DNA of 63,473 bases, the filler included, from Choristocarpus tenellus KU-1152 (Eukaryota; Protista; Phaeophyceae), in assembly GCA_964200185.2 (NCBI GenBank). It is 8 parts of 8 records of this genome, joined end to end, with 100 filler letters (N's around TTAATTAATTAA, not from the genome) between each part and the next. Parts side by side here need not be neighbours in the genome. Positions count along the whole stretch, not along the records: positions 28,862 to 56,578 come from CAXNAD020000139.1; 7 more parts are not named here. One strand, given 5' to 3'. This document shows positions 38,050 through 52,650 of this stretch, piece after piece. Position 1 is the stretch's first letter; each line of letters starts with the position of its first letter. The position numbers were made by a program, and so were the translations under genes. The notes under the pieces were generated by a model. The model worked only from the letters and a program-made list of their open reading frames with translations. It made no database searches and was not told the origin of the DNA.

Positions 38050-39200
38050 ATATTGTGTGATAATCAATCTATCAATTGGAGTCAAACCAGTTGTGAGGTA
38101 GGCAGGTTTGAGTCCTTGTGCATTCTAAGCCAACTTTCTAACCCTGTGCAGTACACTCCTCTAATTCATTGCTCCATGTATGTGCAGAATAGTGTAGGCA
38201 AAATTGGCATTCCCCCTTTCCACACACAAAGTGACATCACAATTCACGAAGGACTATGGAATTGGACAAAATGACATATTTTTGCCCTTTCTTGGGATCC
38301 TTGAAAAGCGGCCTTACCTGCCTCTCAGTTGTTTTTACTCTTGAACAATATAGGATAGTGATCATGATAAGATTTGTTGGATCCACAATATGCGGGATAT
38401 GAGCACAAAAGTTTATTACCATCATATTCATAGAGATTGGCGTTTTGTGGGAAGATACGCGGTGAGCAAGATTTTGATTGATGGATATTACTACATTAAG
38501 TACTCCGAAGTATTAAGAACCATTCAGAACACGTGTTTTTAGCAATGTATTGTAAAGTAAGCTAGTGTGACTCGTGCAGGAGGATAGTACAGCTTGATCT
38601 GTCTCGGACGATAATTTACTAGGTACTCTGAAACACTTTTCTTTTTAGCGAGTGTGACAGATCGTGGAGTTTGCTAAGAATTCTCAAAACCAAGCATTGA
38701 GAATGACTTTGATGATGTATGCACTCTCTAAAAAATATACCCCCCCTGTCCCATAAGTCTGCTCCATTATGCATGTAACTCTTCGGAATGACCCTCGATT
38801 TCAAAACGGATTTTTGCATTTGATTCCTTGACATTTTTTGCAGTAGATAGCATTTCCTGGCTTTCACTCAACGCCGTCATTCTACCAATTCAGTGCCTTC
38901 TTGTGGGCCTCTTGATCTACTGGAACCGACATGGACAACGTACCCTCCCGCTGCCACTTTCTGGTTCCCATATGCTCTACATCGAAGTCGTTCCCCCCCA
39001 GTCCCTTGAGTACCTGGTTGTAGCTCTTAAAGAGACTCTGCCATACCCTCTCAAGGGTTTTCTGCGTCGTAATCGTCGAGCATTCACTTGACCCCCTCAA
39101 CAAGGTCATCCCATCTTGAAATCGGAGGTCATCCCAAAGAGGTACATGCATAAAGGAACAGACTTACGCCACAGAGGGCCTACTCTTCACGAGGAAATCA
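38050..39200 (-). mobile_element. Degenerate Ty1/copia reverse transcriptase relic
   Basis: LKSRVIPKSYMHNGADLW resembles the copia RT motif KARLVAKGYxQxxGxDY and is preceded by KPGNAIYCK-like text. Multiple stops. Confidence 0.4.
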
Positions 39201-39270
39201 TTGGTGAGCACTCTCACTCTGATTCGTCCCGTAAGAGGATATCGTTTTAGTGAATTTGCACATCGTCACT

Positions 39271-39518
39271 GAGTCAAAGTAAACGAGTTACCCAGGTTTT
39301 GGCCGTTTTGCATATTTAGCCAGTTTGTCAATATTTTGCCATATTTCTGTGGATGTAGTGCTAAGTTTGACTTGAGACCCTTGATTTCTCAATTGTTAGA
39401 AAATTTTCGACATAATTTCAGAAAACATCCTATACTCGATTTTTTAAAAGTCGGATTTCGCACATATTTGTCAGCATCCTTAAATAGAACTCTGGGTACC
39501 TCTCGCTTTCTTTGACTC
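39271..39518. mobile_element. MITE family D, TSD ACT
   Basis: ACT|GAGTCAAAGTAAACGAGTTACCCAGG ... CTCTGGGTACCTCTCGCTTTCTTTGACTC|ACT. Confidence 0.85.
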
Positions 39519-41774
39519 ACTATTGTCAATAATGGATTATGGTCCTTGATGCTGGAGGAGGCGATACCACCTGTTATTTTGGGGGGGTAGGGCTTTATTG
39601 CTGGAACTCTCTCTTTTTTCTCCCATGTATTATTGAGTTTTTTCCATTCTTCCATTTATTGCCTACTCCCTTGGAGTGTCGCAGACTGTTCCCTTTGAAA
39701 TTTGAGATATTTTCCGAGGCACACTTGTTGCGTGTATTGCGACCACAGCCCTTTGTGATTGATGACACATGGAGCATCAACAACCTTTGTTTGGAAGTGT
39801 TATTTTATTGTGTAATGTGAGGGCAAGGTGGGGAGATGAATGGAGATGCGAGAGATGAGAAACAGGAAATGGTCACTAAGCCGCCTCAGAACAATGTACT
39901 TACATCATCGCAGTAGATACTAAATTGACACATCTGGAAAATGTGAGAGGGCGAAATAATATAATGTATATACTCTTACTGGGAGAATGACCACTTCTAG
40001 CTTTTCTGTGTTATTATTATTAACACAATGTTATTGAAGTGGCTTTTCGTTGGTTTTTCCCCTCACCACATGAAAAATTTCAGAGGGCATAATAATATTA
40101 ATACCACAAATAAGTACGACTATGATAAATCAGCGACCTTTTTGATGTGTGTCCAATAACGCATTCTGTCTTGTTCATCACTCGATTTCAGAACACCTCA
40201 GATTCACTACAACAAGAAGTTGACAAGGATTTTATCCCCGTTCACAGTAAGTTTTTGTGAGTAGGTGTAACAATCAGTCTTGTAATGGAATTTTGTATCC
40301 TTTAGATAACTCAATTAGTGAGAGTTGTTCAATCCCCTGTACACACACACAACAAGAGCTCTGCAGTTATTGATGGTGAGGACCAAGTGTTCTTGGTCTG
40401 GGAGGTAGTAACGATGTACACATCAGTTGGTAATTTTCGATAGTTGGATATTTGAAGCAGTACCAGGGCATAACTGGAGTCAGGTAGCGTTCATCTAATC
40501 AAGAGAAGTGTGGAGCAAAATAATAGTACCTACTCCGTCTATTTGAATTACTTCTCCATCAAACTATATTTTACTTTCCCCTGTAGCTGTAGTCCATAGT
40601 GTGGACTGTGATAAAATATATTGTTTATGTAGAATTTGGACAGTGATGGCAATTTACTCGCATACTTCTAGAATCTCCTGTGAAATGGTTGTAGACATTC
40701 ACACTTTGTGTCTTACTTACATGAGACACCCCCTCGCCATACAGAGTACTTCAGCCCATCTATTACATCTCATTAGGTGTACATTATCCGCCAGAGCTGC
40801 TACAAAATTGCCTCTATTGATTTCCTTTTCTCCGTCTCTACCATGTCAGGAATCTTCCATTTCGTAGGTACTCCAAAATACTGCCATTTTACCAGGTGTG
40901 ACAGATTTGACACCCTCGTTAAAAACCTCAAGAGCATGTTTTAAAGGGGTTATCTGAAACAAAAGGTGACGATGAGCGCACTCGCTAAATAAAAGTTGTG
41001 GAAGTATTGGAGGGATGCATAATAAGTCGTATTATTGTAGACTGTAGACATAGGTTTCAATTCGTCGTATCAAGTCGTGTTCGCATATCAGATTGATCGT
41101 ATGAACTACATACAATATGGAAGTGTCTCTCCGTATTGACCCACACGCAGTACAGTAGTAGTAGTGTCGTGCTTGACAGATTGCAGAATGACATGTCTAA
41201 CAGGGTGTTACTCTTCGCAAAGAACCTAAGAATGACCTGTCCCATCCTAATTTTTTTTGTTGAATGTATACAGACAATGATGCAGTAGTGGTTGGTGGTG
41301 TATTTTACATGCAAACAACTTCACTACTACTATCCTCAATTTTATATTATCAATGGCGAATCGTTAGAAAACACTAAATTGAGCAGGAATTTGTGATTTC
41401 CATTTTCGATTCGATTTTTTTTTTGGTGAATAAGAGTTGTGCGATATGGTTGTGAATGTTGTCTCTCATTGGACTTTTCGATAAGTATCGAACACATCCA
41501 AAATTTCGACTTCTTGCTCATGACAAGTATTAATGATCTCTATCTTGTGATTGTAACCGTTTCCTCAACATCAACTTGAGGCTTGAGACTTGAGCCTGGA
41601 ATGACAAGGGCTTCAACCCTTGAACCCTGTCAATGATCGCAATGTGTGGGGAAGGTCTTCGCAGGAATGGATGGGTCACTTTCTTCTTTCAATAGAGTTT
41701 GAAGGCAAATTTCATCTTGGAACCTATAAACCTCTTGTGATCAAGTATCTAACGGCACAACGTCTTCTTCAAAG

Positions 41775-44700
41775 ATGACAGTTCAGGTCGTGCTACCACA
41801 GATGGATATCCATGTCCACGGGATCATTACAGAAGGAGCAGAGGCAATTATAACACCAGACGCGCTCAGGTAAGGGTTAGTTATGGAAAATAAGTTGCGG
41901 CGATTCCTCAGTCTTCCGACCTTACCCTCTGTCAACTACACAACATTGTTACTTTACAGTGTAGTCTTGCGGAGTTCCAGTCGTTAAGTCTAAGCACATA
42001 GTCAGATATGTTGAGTGTGTCTGCTCGAGAATCCAAAGTTCAAGGCAACCTCATAACCTCATGTGTATCGCTTCTCTCAAATTCAATAGAGCACTTCTAG
42101 ATCTATAGTTATTGAATTTGAGAGATCGGTGTTCTCAGCTTTTGAACCACCACCGAGCAAACAGTATGAGTCTCTAGCAAACACTCCAGAGTACGATGCA
42201 TAAGACCTTAGTTGAGTCATTATACCAACTAACTGTATCTATAGCTCTATGGCACACTGAGACAGTCGAAGAAGGTTCGTAGAATTCAATCCCCGATACA
42301 GTCTTCAACTGACAACACAAGTTGCATCCTCCCCACTCCCCAACAGATTCGTGGGATTTCTACACAACACGTTCGAGCAACGCCGTCAGTTTCTACTTCA
42401 AACCCGAAAGAACAGGTGATATGATCGCATTTTCTCCCCGTGACCACTATCAAAGCACCTGAAGCCACGACCGGAATGTTTCGCATTGTGAAGGCACGCT
42501 ATGCCATTGCTTCAAGATCATGCCTTCTCGATATGCACTCTGCAAATTAGCGCTTTCAAGTCATGATCGATGACATTAACTCAACCTTCCGATCTTTCCT
42601 CCCTTCCATGCCCTCTTCTTTGTTCTGCTTGACTTTCGACTGACACGATCCTGAACGTCAGGCAGAAGGACTTTGACTCGGGATGTTTCCCAGACTTCTT
42701 GATGGAGACGGCACACATCCGCAGCGACCCCACATGGAGGGTGAGGTCACACTCTTTCCACATAATATATACTCCGACACCGACGCTTCCCTTCCTACTG
42801 CTTGTTTTCTTCCCAACGCTGACAGTTAACTACATCGTTTCTGCTGAATCCTTCTCTAACCACCCTTGCTCTGTGTGTTATCACTTGCGTCTCTCAGGTA
42901 GCTCCCCCCCCTCACGACCTTGCGGATAGGCGAGTAGAGATAACCGGTCCAGTGGATCGCAAGATGGTACGTAATTTGAAAGGGACTTAAGATGTGGGAG
43001 AACAAGTTACTATTTCGAAGGAGGTCAGGGTTTCCTTTTGTGCTGATATCAATATTCCTAGCATAAATTCGAGAGGTACAAAGGGCAATATAATGAGGAA
43101 ACTTCCAAAAACTAACCGACACTCTAACCCTTTGAACTTTTAATCTACATTCCGTAGTCTGCTTTGCCAGCTCTGACCAACCTAATCTCAACGGTGAAGG
43201 ATTATCAGATCCTGTCTCATGTCTGGCCCAACCTCAAGGATAAGCATGTACTTCAATAGCCCATATTTTTTCAATGTTGCTATACTCGTACCTGCACACC
43301 TATACTCATACGCCCCTGATGTTCATTTTTCTTCTACATACATATGCATGCTATATGAACTCTCCTTCTGTGTGATAGGTTATCAACGGCCTCAACAGCG
43401 GGGCAAGTACATACATGGCGGATTTCGAAGACTCTTCATCTCCTACCTGGACCAATATGGTGAGAAATGAGGACATGCAGACAAATTATAGCATTAATTG
43501 TATAATAAGTACATCAATGACTGGCGTTGTTGAGGGTCAAGGAAGGTCAGAGAAGTTAGTGGTACGAGAACACGAAACCGGACTGCTCTTCTGGCCGATT
43601 GGTTCTGGTCCTTTTTAGAGCAGGACATGTCTTGTAGGAAATAGGAAGAAGTCCAAGACTACCCTTACATACAATTGATTGCCTTCTCACTCACTCTCCT
43701 CCAGTGCATACTTCCTGTACTACTAATAAACGGTTCTTACAATGTTGGTACAACTAATCAAGTTCAACGTTGAATGTTCCTCACTCGAAAGCGATATAGT
43801 TTCGCCACTTGAGCAAGTACCGATGCTCAGAAAAAGTTCAGAGGAAAGTGCATGATAAACGTATATACCGACAGGTAACCTCTGTTCTTACCACCAGGTG
43901 CAGTGAAATCATAAGGGACGGGTGAATGAGGTTCAATCAGATCATGTCGTGCCATTCCTGAAGCAGTTAAGCCATTGTTGCATTCCTGGGCTACCAACAC
44001 GAAAAAATGGATGCACCACTCGTTGGCACACTTGAAACCACCTCCACAGCTCTACTCTCTGCATATACTCATTATGTGCCTGGATAATCTCTCTGCTTGT
44101 TGTCCCCAGGCCGTGTGTATTATCTAACAATATATTGCGACCTGGTAGTATGCTTGTTGCTGACAGTATTTCGAAACACAACTGCCTTCAGAGTATACCG
44201 TCATACTTGGAGAACAATGCTATTGCTCCATGGCAGTGTAGCGCCAGTATAGAGATCCTTGACAGATTCTGCGTGAATCATGAGTTCCCCTCTCAAACAT
44301 TCATCCCCAAGGAAGCCCTTCAGAGATATGTGAAGTAAGGGAACAACCAGCTGCCTCATGCCAGTCAATCCTCCTAGCCCCTGAGAACCCTCTATTTGAC
44401 AACTCCTTCGGTCCATGGCACATAGTGTTTCGTACTTGTATGTACTTGATTCTCAACAATGAATCATTCTGAACCCCTTGCACTCTCCCAGTCATCACAC
44501 ACTTACTTCTCAAGAGAAGATTCTTCCGTATTTGTCCAAAGTCGGATAGGTGGTCAACCACTTATTGTGTTCAACAACCAATTACACTATGGCCTGCATA
44601 TAGTGTTTTCAGGACCCCAACTAATAGGAGCTATGATACAGACTCAAAGTATTTATGATAGGAATTTTGCCCTGTTTGCCTGTTTGGGGCTTGGCTTCCC

Positions 44701-47700
44701 ATGGGGTTTTTTTACCCTTTTCCGGTCTTCTTTGTGAACACAGTATAACCAAAAATTTATACGACAATGAAAGGTGTGTCCAGACCAAAGATATTGACAC
44801 TTGCTATCAAACACGTACCCAGAATTCATCAAAATCACAACACTGGATTTTTGACCCCGAAGAGACATGGCCCTACCTTCTTACATGCTTTGGGTTACAA
44901 CTAATTGATGCTGAAAGCAACCTTTCCGTGGAGTGTGAAGTAGGAGCAGCCCTCGTATACTTCAGGACTATATTGTGTTTTCAGGACCCCACCAAATAGG
45001 AACTATGATACAACTAAATTGATGCTGAAAGCAACCTTTCTGTGGAATGTGAGGTGGGAATAGATTCCTTACTGTATACTTAAGCAAGAATAAATTCACA
45101 GCACTCTAGAACCATTTGGAAAAGGGATGTAGCAAGAGGAAATCAACGTAATGCATCCAACATGGAAATGTAAACGGGGGTGCATTATTGGTAGTCTGTG
45201 ATGCAGAAAAAATGGCCACAGATGTATATCACGCCACATTTTCTTACCAGATACTCTGGAGAATATAGTATTGGTCGATATGTACGTGTAAGACTTGCGC
45301 AGCAGTGGATATACTGCGAGAAATCTCCTTCCCAAGCAAACCCCTCCTTTGACCCCTCCACCCCCTCGACTGTATACCCTCACCCATACTCTGTTTTTCC
45401 AAGTCCTTCCCTCATCTTTCTGGTTGTATTTTCCTTCACCACTCTGTCCTCTGTCCCCTCTCTCCCCCTGTGTGTACACCCCCCCTGAAACCACTGCTCA
45501 CTATAATTGCTGCAGGTGGAGGGTCAGGTCAACCTGAGGGATGCTGTGAGGGGAACCATTGAATATGTGCAGCCAGGGAGTGGAAAAATCTATTCCCTCA
45601 GGGGCAAGAAGAGGGCAGTACTGCTGGTGCGCCCCCGAGGCTGGCATCTGGATGAGGCACATATTACGGTGAATGGAAGGTGAGAGAGGATCAGCTTGAG
45701 GGCTCTATAATTGTTGACTTGTATAGAGGAGGCTATTGGAGGAGTTAAGTATGCACTAGTGACGGTGGGGACCTGAGGGGGATATGGAGAAGTGTTTTTC
45801 GGGAGAGTGTTGTTTCTATGTAGATTTTTCCTATCACTCGTAGAATAGAGGAGCTATGATTTTGATAAGGACATCCTTATTACAGGCTAGGGGGGGAAGG
45901 AGCTTCACTCACCCCATATCTGCTCAGGACATGTTACAGGTGGCAATGAGATATGGGTTAGATGGGTGAAACATTTGCTGAGAGTTTGGTTGTATATTTG
46001 GTTGGCGTGCCAAATGTAACCTCCTCGACGATTTTGAGTGAGGGAATCATGTCACTGTAGCTATCCCCTAGTTGGCCTAGATCACACAACATGTACACAT
46101 GTAAGTACATGCATACAACATTGATACAACTGACATGAAAAATGTTGGTATGATCCCTCCTTGATACTTGATGCAACATGCAACATTTGTAGCAAATATA
46201 TCTTTCGTCACCAGTATTCAGTGTTCCCCCGAGCCAATGGAAAAGGAAACAGAATACTGAGACGTTATTTAGGGGTTCAATGACAGGGAAGTCCATAGTA
46301 GGATATATATAACCGTACCCTCATTCTGAAGTACAGGCAAAGCCCACAAAAGTGAGTGCCTCTTCATACTCCAATATCCGAGTACTCTTCTGAATAACCA
46401 TCGTACCCTCCTCTGCATAATTGGGCTTGTATAAATCTATACAATGTTAGGGTCAGAGGTATTCTTTCATATTTCGAGTTTATTATGCCCAGAAGGGTTG
46501 ATATTGAAGAGGGACAACGAACATTTACAAGGATCTTCTATTTCCACTAAATGGTGGGTAGTGAGAGCGATCAGCACAATTGTTTTCAAATTGTGGTCCC
46601 TTTTTATCTTGCCACCAAACTAGTCCAGGAAAATCCCGTTTTTTACCAACTAAGAGATCAACGGGGTTCTGACACTAAGTGATTTCATACAAGACGGAAG
46701 TGCTCTTGAGTGACAAGGGCTCCCATGACTGCCTTGTGGTATACATGTTTTGACCACTATGGAGGGCGCTTTCTGCTGACAATGTGTTCGTGGCTGATCT
46801 TCTACAGTTACACCCTCAAGGGGGGTTAACTCTATTCTGGAAATGCGTATGATGTACTACATACTGCACAAGGTCCAAAAAAGCCTTAAAATTCAAAAGG
46901 GCCTCAACCAACCCCTGTCTCGGAAAGATAGTGATTCTTTCCTCGCTCCTTGCCCACCTTTGTATGTCTAGCCTGGAGTCATAGTAGTGTGAACATTGGT
47001 TCATAGGACACAATTTCCGAAGGGGCCTTCTTGTATAGTTCCGTTCTTCTTTATTAATGTTTTTGAAGTGAATACTCTTTTATAGAAGTTCAAAACTCGA
47101 TTTTGGTATTTTCCCGCTGGTCAATGACCTTGCCAAGATGCACACACTTGCATGTACTGACCCACACACGTCTTTGTACAGGCCCATGTCTGGTGCCCTC
47201 TTCGATTTTGGGATGTACTTCTTCCACAATGTCTATGCCCTACTGAAGGCGGGATCTGGTCCATACTTTTACATCGCCAAGATCGAGTCATACCTGGAGG
47301 CCAGGCTGTGGAATGACGTCTTTGTAGCATCACAACAAGTCCTGGGTGTGCCGACTGGCACTATTAGGTTGAGGTTCTAGGGGAGAGAATGGGGGTGGGG
47401 GGGCAGATGTTGTTCCCCATAGATTGACCAGATGATGTCCCCTCTCTGCAACCACAGCTGTATCATGTCAGAAAGGATTGCCCTTTTGTCCCTGGAGTTG
47501 GTTGTCTTTTTCCCCTGCCCTTTTCACCCTCTTCACCTCGTTTTCCTGCTCTGTTCCCTCACTGTTCGACCACTTCCCAGGGCCACAGCCCTGCTGGAGA
47601 CTATTACCGCGGCCTTTGAGATGGAGGAGGTACTGTACGAGTTGAGAGAACATTCTGCTGGACTCAACTGTGGGCGTTGGTGAGATGAATGGGGCACCTC

Positions 47701-50700
47701 TCAGGAAGCACCGTGTTGTTTGGAATTCTGGTATCATGCGGTACAAGTTGGGATGGTCTGGGTGGGGACTCCTCCCCTGCGATGTGCATGTTTAGCACGA
47801 TACCACCAGCTTTGTTGTCATGGAAACAAGTGTCTCTTCAGATTATGGATTGGATACCTGGTGATTTGGTCTCACTTTCACTCCGCACATCAGCTTGGCT
47901 GTCCTCTGATTGAGTTACAGATATTCTGTTGTCGACCATCCCGATTACTACAAGTACTCCAATACAAGCAATGCCCGGAACATACAGTTCAACTATGTCA
48001 CTGCACACTTGGTGCTTGGTATCTTGCATAGTTTGAGGGAGCAACTTCATCGCATTCATCGCACCTAGTGTACCTCCAACGTAACAGAGTGAAAGTATCT
48101 TAGAGGGTACGAGTTTTTCCCTGTTTGTCCGTTTGGGGCTTGGCTTCCCATGTTATTTTCATGACATTTGCCTACTCCAAAATGTTTGGGAGTAGGTAAA
48201 ATGAGTACGTAATGAAAAGGTGTGTCCAGAACAAGGATATTGACACTTTTTAATTGATATGATAACCAAAATTACATCAAAATCGCAACATTGGAATTTG
48301 GCCCCCAAATGGACGCAACTCTACCCTCTAAGATACTTTGGCTCAACAGTATCATTGTTCCTGTCTGTTTGGTATATGACATGTTTGGGAACAATGGCAT
48401 CAATCACTTGCATCGCAGCGCAGTTGTCATAACGCGAAACGTCCATCTGTACGATGTACTCCGAAGTAGTTGGTGGCTGGGTAATTAGGGGGAAGATTAA
48501 AGCAGGATTCGTCACCTGAATAAAATTTGTTGCTGTTGACGGAGTATGTCTTGTATGAAGGAAAAATCACACCTCTTAACTCTCGTATTTTGCTGTTGGC
48601 GCACACTTGAAACGCCTACAGAATATTTTTCTAGTGATGCATCTGAAAAAAAGCAGAATATAGCAACAAGTTCGCCATACATAATCCTCAGCCCGTATAT
48701 CCATTTGTTTGCTACGCACCTGATCTTCCATCTTCCTCAATTACGTACACCCCTTTTCCAGCATAGTCTGTTGAGAGATTTGAAAGAGTGCAAATTTTGT
48801 CCTGCATCCCTATTCTACCTGTCCCCACTGTCCCTGGCTGGAACTCCAAACACTCAGCCCAGTTCAATGAAACACACATATTCTGGTGCTGAAAATGGAG
48901 GATCTCTTGCCGAACCAGCCTTCACCTGAACAGTTTGTTTCCCCAAATATCTTTTCCTCACCTTGCCTCCCTCTCTCCTGCGTTCCAACCTTCCCTTCAT
49001 GCTTCACCTCATATATTCCTAACCACTGATGCAATAATATACCTTTCCCCCCCCCCATTTCCCCCCCATTCCCCCCCCTCTCTGTTATTCTGACTACTCA
49101 CTCCCCTGTCCTTTGCCGAGTTATCATCAGTATCAGTAAGGGTTAGGCCCCACTTGTGATCCCTGCTGAGCACTCCCTCTATTCCCAAACCTCCTACCCC
49201 CTGTCCTCATGGCATGGCAATTGAAGGGATTATATTTTCTCGTATATCAAGAAGATGCGCGTACACAGCAAAAAGGTTACACCAGATCGTTGCTTCCTTA
49301 CCATGGAAATACCCTCAATGCAAGCATATGTCAAGCTCCTGATTAACACCTGCCATCGCCGTGGTGCCCACGCAATGGGGGGTATGGCGGCCCAGATACC
49401 TGTGAAGAATAATCCAAAGCTGGCGGCACAGGCGCTTGATGGCGTCAGGAAGGACAAGGTTTGTGATAGGTGTAGACTACTGTGCATGTCTTAGAATATA
49501 AGGTGGCCTAGGCAGGTAGCATGAGAGAATATGGTGATGGGTGAGGAGGTTATGTCTAAGATGTCATTATGAAGAGAAATTGGGGGGGGTGATATTCCAA
49601 CTCCAAACCACCTTCACATATAATCGAGTGCTAGATAGACACTTCGAGGTATAGTACAGGACCCGTCGCTCTGACAACCTTTTTGCGAAGTAAAACGTAG
49701 TGGCCTTGATACCATTTGAATGTCATAAGAACAATTGAATTTCCAGCTGGATTTCCTGCCCAATATGTTGCATGTCATTCTTCATTGTTGTTCCCTGCCA
49801 TTCTCCTAAACATATACTTCATTCAACGTAGTTGCTATTCTTATAATGCAGCTTGTTGTTGACTATGGAAAATCTGTGAAATATCGTAACAGGCTTGTAA
49901 ACCCGTTCTACAACAAATGAGATAGTTAAAAGTAGGAATTAGCCCAAAACAACACTTCTTGACCTAGTCCCACAACGAATACAGAGGGACACACGCAAGG
50001 ATGAAGACAACATAATAACAACTTCGGCAATGAAAAACGAGTATACCTTCACTCAAACAGACCATCGAAGTACAAGTCAACCTCATTTCCCAAACCTTGT
50101 CTCCTAAATCTTATCTCCCAAACGTCCAACACTGTTCAACCCTTACCACATGACAATGCAAATAATACATGAAGGTACGTTCCTTAGTCTGTGTAGACTC
50201 AACCACAGCATCAGAGTCAAAGTAGCTCAGAGGGTAGAGCCACGTCCGTTTGGGGCCAAAATCCAATGTTGTGATTTTGATGTAAATTTGGCTCTCACAT
50301 TTGCTAGGAAGTGTCAATATCCTTATTCCAGACACGCCTTTTCATTACGTACACATTTTACCTAGTCCGAATTTTCGGGCTAGGTAAAATGTCATACAAA
50401 ACCCGTGCAAAGTCAAGCCCCAAACGGACAAAGAGATCAAAACTCATACCCCCTTTAAGATATTTTTACGCATCGATCCTTCAACTTCCATCTTCAATCC
50501 CTCTACCCTACTTCGTTGACTGGTTATATTTATTGGTGTCGGATTTTATTAACTCTTTGGGGATGACGTACCCTCTTTGCTATAGCCCAACCATCTCTAG
50601 TTTTGTTCTCATTTCGAACAGAGGGTGACTATCATCTGTTGTATAGGACTAATGGTTTCTTTATTCTACTTTTTAGTATTTCATTATGAGAATGGCCATA

Positions 50701-52650
50701 AAATCTATTGCCTGTGTTCCTCTGTTTGCCACCACATCTACTGCCACCAAGAGCTCTTGCCCTCACCCAATTACAGTTCCATGTTAAACCATAGTTCACC
50801 GTTCCTGCCCTCCCCCCTACATTCAAGACAATCGCCTAGACCTTCTCCACTTCTTCATACACCCTCTTGCGTATCAGCTTCGTGAGGTGGAGGCGGGGCA
50901 CGATGGAACATGGGTAGCACACCCAGCTTTGGTGGAGGTGGCAATGGATATCTTCAACCAGCACATGCCCCAGGCCAATCAGATACATTTCGTGCCAGAG
51001 TGTTCTGTGACCGCGGAGGACTTGCTCATGATCCCAACTGAAGGCAACATTACGTGAGCGGGTGATGTTTAAAATGTGTATTGCCACTTCCTAAAAATAC
51101 ATTTCAAGAGGAGTAAGGGATATTGTTGGGTAAGCGCACAGAATATGTCTGCATGCAACAGATAGATCCATTTCATCAATATGATGTTATTCATACATCG
51201 CGCATGCTTGAGTACCTTACAGGCCAGAACTTAGATCTGGAAACAAGGTGTGGCGAGCAGAAATAGGAGCAGGGATGCATGAAGGTAGCAACAGGTACAA
51301 GTGAGGGGTTCAAAAACTGAGGTCCAGGCAGAACAGCATTTCATGGAGCGGATTGGAAGATTAGCAATCTAATTTTAGTCTGGGTCACTCTCTTCTTCCT
51401 TGTTCAAAGTCGTGAGATGTAGTGACCTGTTCAGGGTTCCATGTCAATCGGCTCAGCAATTGCGCCAAGCACCCGAGAGTGCTGTACGTGAATAATGGTG
51501 TCCTTATGACAACCTGTTACCTAACCTGCCAGGAACTAGTTCCAGTCAACTCATCTTGCTGGTACTTCCTCTATTATTTTGTCTTTGGGCTAGGACTCTT
51601 GGTTCTAACTTCTCCCCATTGGTATTCCTCCTCTCACAACCCAGCAGTAGAAGCCTCATCCAACTATTTTTCGCACTGTGCCGGTTATGGTTACCATGGA
51701 TTCGTTTTATTGTTTTCTTTTGTACATATTTTCGCGCCATGTTTATTTTTTCGCACTCTGACTTAACTTTGGGAATTGGCATCCTACTCTTGTACTACTG
51801 TATTTCCAAAGATCTGAGGGTCTCCGAGAGAATGTAGATGTCTGTCTTGTGTACGTAGAGAGCTGGCTCCGTGGGAATGGATGCATCCCCGTCAACTTCA
51901 AGATGGAGGATGCTGCCACAGCCGAGATCTCCAGGGTCCAGGTGCTTAGGCGACAATTGACCTTGGATTCGTTACATTGCAAATAGTCGTGCCTGTGTAC
52001 TTTTCTCCTGGTGCCCTGGACACTGTCACCGCTCCTGCTTACAGGGACCTTGCATCAAGCAGACTGTGTAGCAGGATACAGTGCCACACATAACCTGTAG
52101 AATGATCGCTTTGAATTGGAGTTGCTACAGCATGGTAATTGTCTGTGGAGTGGTGGAATGCGCCGTTCAAGTATGTACGAGTACATGGTTGTTTTCTCTA
52201 CCTTCTTTTACATTCACCTACACACAACAGGCGACCAAGAGTCAAACATTATCCCAGGACTCCATATACGATCCTTGACGTAATCCATAGCCCTCCCCTC
52301 ACCCCTACTCACCTTCCTGCCTACTATCATCTTAATCATCACACGCACCTTTACACTACTATCAGGTTTGGCAGTGGGTTCATCATGGAGCTAAGACAGT
52401 GAACGGTGAGGTTGTCACGGCATCTCTGGTACATAAGCTCATGGCTGAGGCAGTGGAACGTCACTGCGCTGTCTTGAGAGGACCAAAGGCAACTGCAGGG
52501 ACTGAGGTTGAGAAGGCACAAGGGCAGACGGGAAAGTTCACGCTGGCAGGGAAGCTAGTGGTTGATATGATGACTGCGCCAGAGCTGGATGACTTCTTGA
52601 CGACTGTGGCTTACCCCCATATTGTTAATGTCTCACACTGTTGCCTCTGA
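41775..52650 (+). CDS. Malate synthase (MSA type), 12 exons: 41775-41869, 42347-42415, 42662-42740, 42898-42966, 43379-43459, 45516-45679, 47182-47367, 47581-47679, 49227-49458, 50878-51053, 51812-51941, 52366-52650
   Basis: Phase-consistent splicing yields the conserved MS motifs [127 protein letters not shown] and DDFLTTVAY. Confidence 0.96.
43700..44560 (-). mobile_element. Degenerate Ty1/copia RT relic inside malate synthase intron 5
   Basis: [43 protein letters not shown] aligns by eye to copia LKKSLYGLKQASRxW...GF..DxCxF. Upstream LHISLKGF resembles RLVAKGF. Confidence 0.4.
44641..44895. mobile_element. MITE family B, diverged, TSD TACA, inserted in one copy of a local tandem duplication
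   Basis: GACTCAAAGTATTTATGATAGG ... CTACCTTCTTACATGCTTTGGGT. The second repeat copy (~44972-45060) shows the empty site with a single TACA. Confidence 0.85.
48087..48344. mobile_element. MITE family B, full copy, TSD AACA (malate synthase intron 8)
   Basis: AACA|GAGTGAAAGTATCTTAGAGGGTA ... TACCCTCTAAGATACTTTGGCTC|AACA. Confidence 0.93.
50214..50471. mobile_element. MITE family B, reversed copy, TSD ATCA/ATCG (malate synthase intron 9)
   Basis: GAGTCAAAGTAGCTCAGAGGGTAGAGC ... TACCCCTTTAAGATATTTTTACGC. Confidence 0.8.

Noticed and set aside
28987-52650. ABCF3, BASS transporter and malate synthase as a functional gene cluster
   Set aside because: Ordinary eukaryotic neighbours with no sequence evidence of co-regulation or a shared pathway.
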